A stretch of 64,000 nucleotides of DNA from a virus, in IMG/VR virus record IMGVR_UViG_3300022555_000024, positions 48,340 through 112,339 of that record. One strand, 5' to 3'. Shown piece by piece: positions 63,332-64,000 of this stretch. Made by a program: the position numbers and the translations under genes. The notes beneath the pieces were generated by a model, which saw only the letters and a program-made list of their open reading frames with translations, had not been told where the DNA came from and ran no database searches. The first letter of the stretch is position 1, and every line of letters begins with the position of its first letter.

Positions 63332-63771
63332 AATATTATAAAGAATTTATAACAGAATTATTTGATAAAGCCGTTCCGTATAAATTGATATCTAGGAATA
63401 AATGGCATAGAGAGTATATATTTGAAATAAATGAAGTTAAATATGAATGTGATTTTTATTATAATGAAGATGACGATATTTGGGCTTTGTCATTTAGTAA
63501 TATAGATCCTTATACACAAATAACAAACTTTGGAAAAACTAATTATGGTATAGAAATTGCTTCTATCGTATTTACTACTATTTTAAAAATATCTGCAGAT
63601 TTTATAAAAGAAACAATTCCTAGATGTATAAAATTTAATGCAGATAAGAGTTGGGGAATGGGAAGAAGTAGTGTTTACGAAAAGATAGCAAAGAAATTTA
63701 TACCAAATGGATATGAATTGTCTAAAATAGAGCAACATGATGAAACAACGTTTAAAATAACGGAGAAATGA
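63328..63771 (+). CDS. CTS-bearing ITELFD-family protein
   Basis: MKYYKEFITELFD. Confidence 0.75.
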   Translation: MKYYKEFITELFDKAVPYKLISRNKWHREYIFEINEVKYECDFYYNEDDDIWALSFSNIDPYTQITNFGKTNYGIEIASIVFTTILKISADFIKETIPRCIKFNADKSWGMGRSSVYEKIAKKFIPNGYELSKIEQHDETTFKITEK

Positions 63772-64000
63772 AATCATTCAAGACATACATAACAGAGAAG
63801 AAGGATCACCTGATCGATAAGCTAGCGATTACTGATTCCCAGAAGAAGGAACTCAAGTCGTTTTTTAGCAAGAAGCCGAATCTAGAGAATAAGATTGACT
63901 AGCAAAAGAAGGGCCTGGCATTTGCCGATTTTGCAGATGTCATGGCCACGACGAAGACCGAAAGAACCAGGGCAGTCAGGAAATCTGGCATAACCGGACT
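63768..64000 (+). pseudogene. further WCT-domain family copy (partial) with TGG>TAG at 63900
   Basis: Near-identical to the start of 60427; in-frame TAG replaces W45. Confidence 0.75.

Noticed and set aside
63900-63902. TAG stop-codon reassignment
   Set aside because: Single instance at a conserved Trp; long core genes read through under the standard code, and no suppressor tRNA is seen

Overview
An AT-rich 64 kb segment of a large T4-like (myovirus-type) phage genome, almost entirely on the + strand. Core genes: end of DNA polymerase gp43, UvsX, helicase gp41, primase gp61, a RuvC-like resolvase, a CobS/CobT-like AAA-vWA pair, PNK and dUTPase. RNA genes: a full tmRNA (tag ADTFEYRMAA), tRNA-Asp and three non-canonical tRNA-like RNAs. 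Main points of interest: (1) two arrays (7.7-12.4 kb and 59.4-64 kb) of overlapping genes that start with a T4 internal-protein-like capsid-targeting peptide (MKSFKTYITE), including a mosaic family carrying long Trp-every-fifth-residue (GxWxx)n repeats; (2) a cytosine-hypermodification operon (gp42-like, beta-glucosyltransferase-like) extended by a methyltransferase, a Nudix protein, a CofD/YvcK-HAD fusion and a nucleotidyltransferase; (3) a 145-nt mini tmRNA-like RNA in tandem with the real tmRNA; (4) a NARP1-like NAD-rebuilding pair with NADAR; (5) a dispersed set of MKYN-type microproteins. Several single-base frameshifts in homopolymers are probably sequencing errors. All family calls come from motif recognition by eye, with no database searches.
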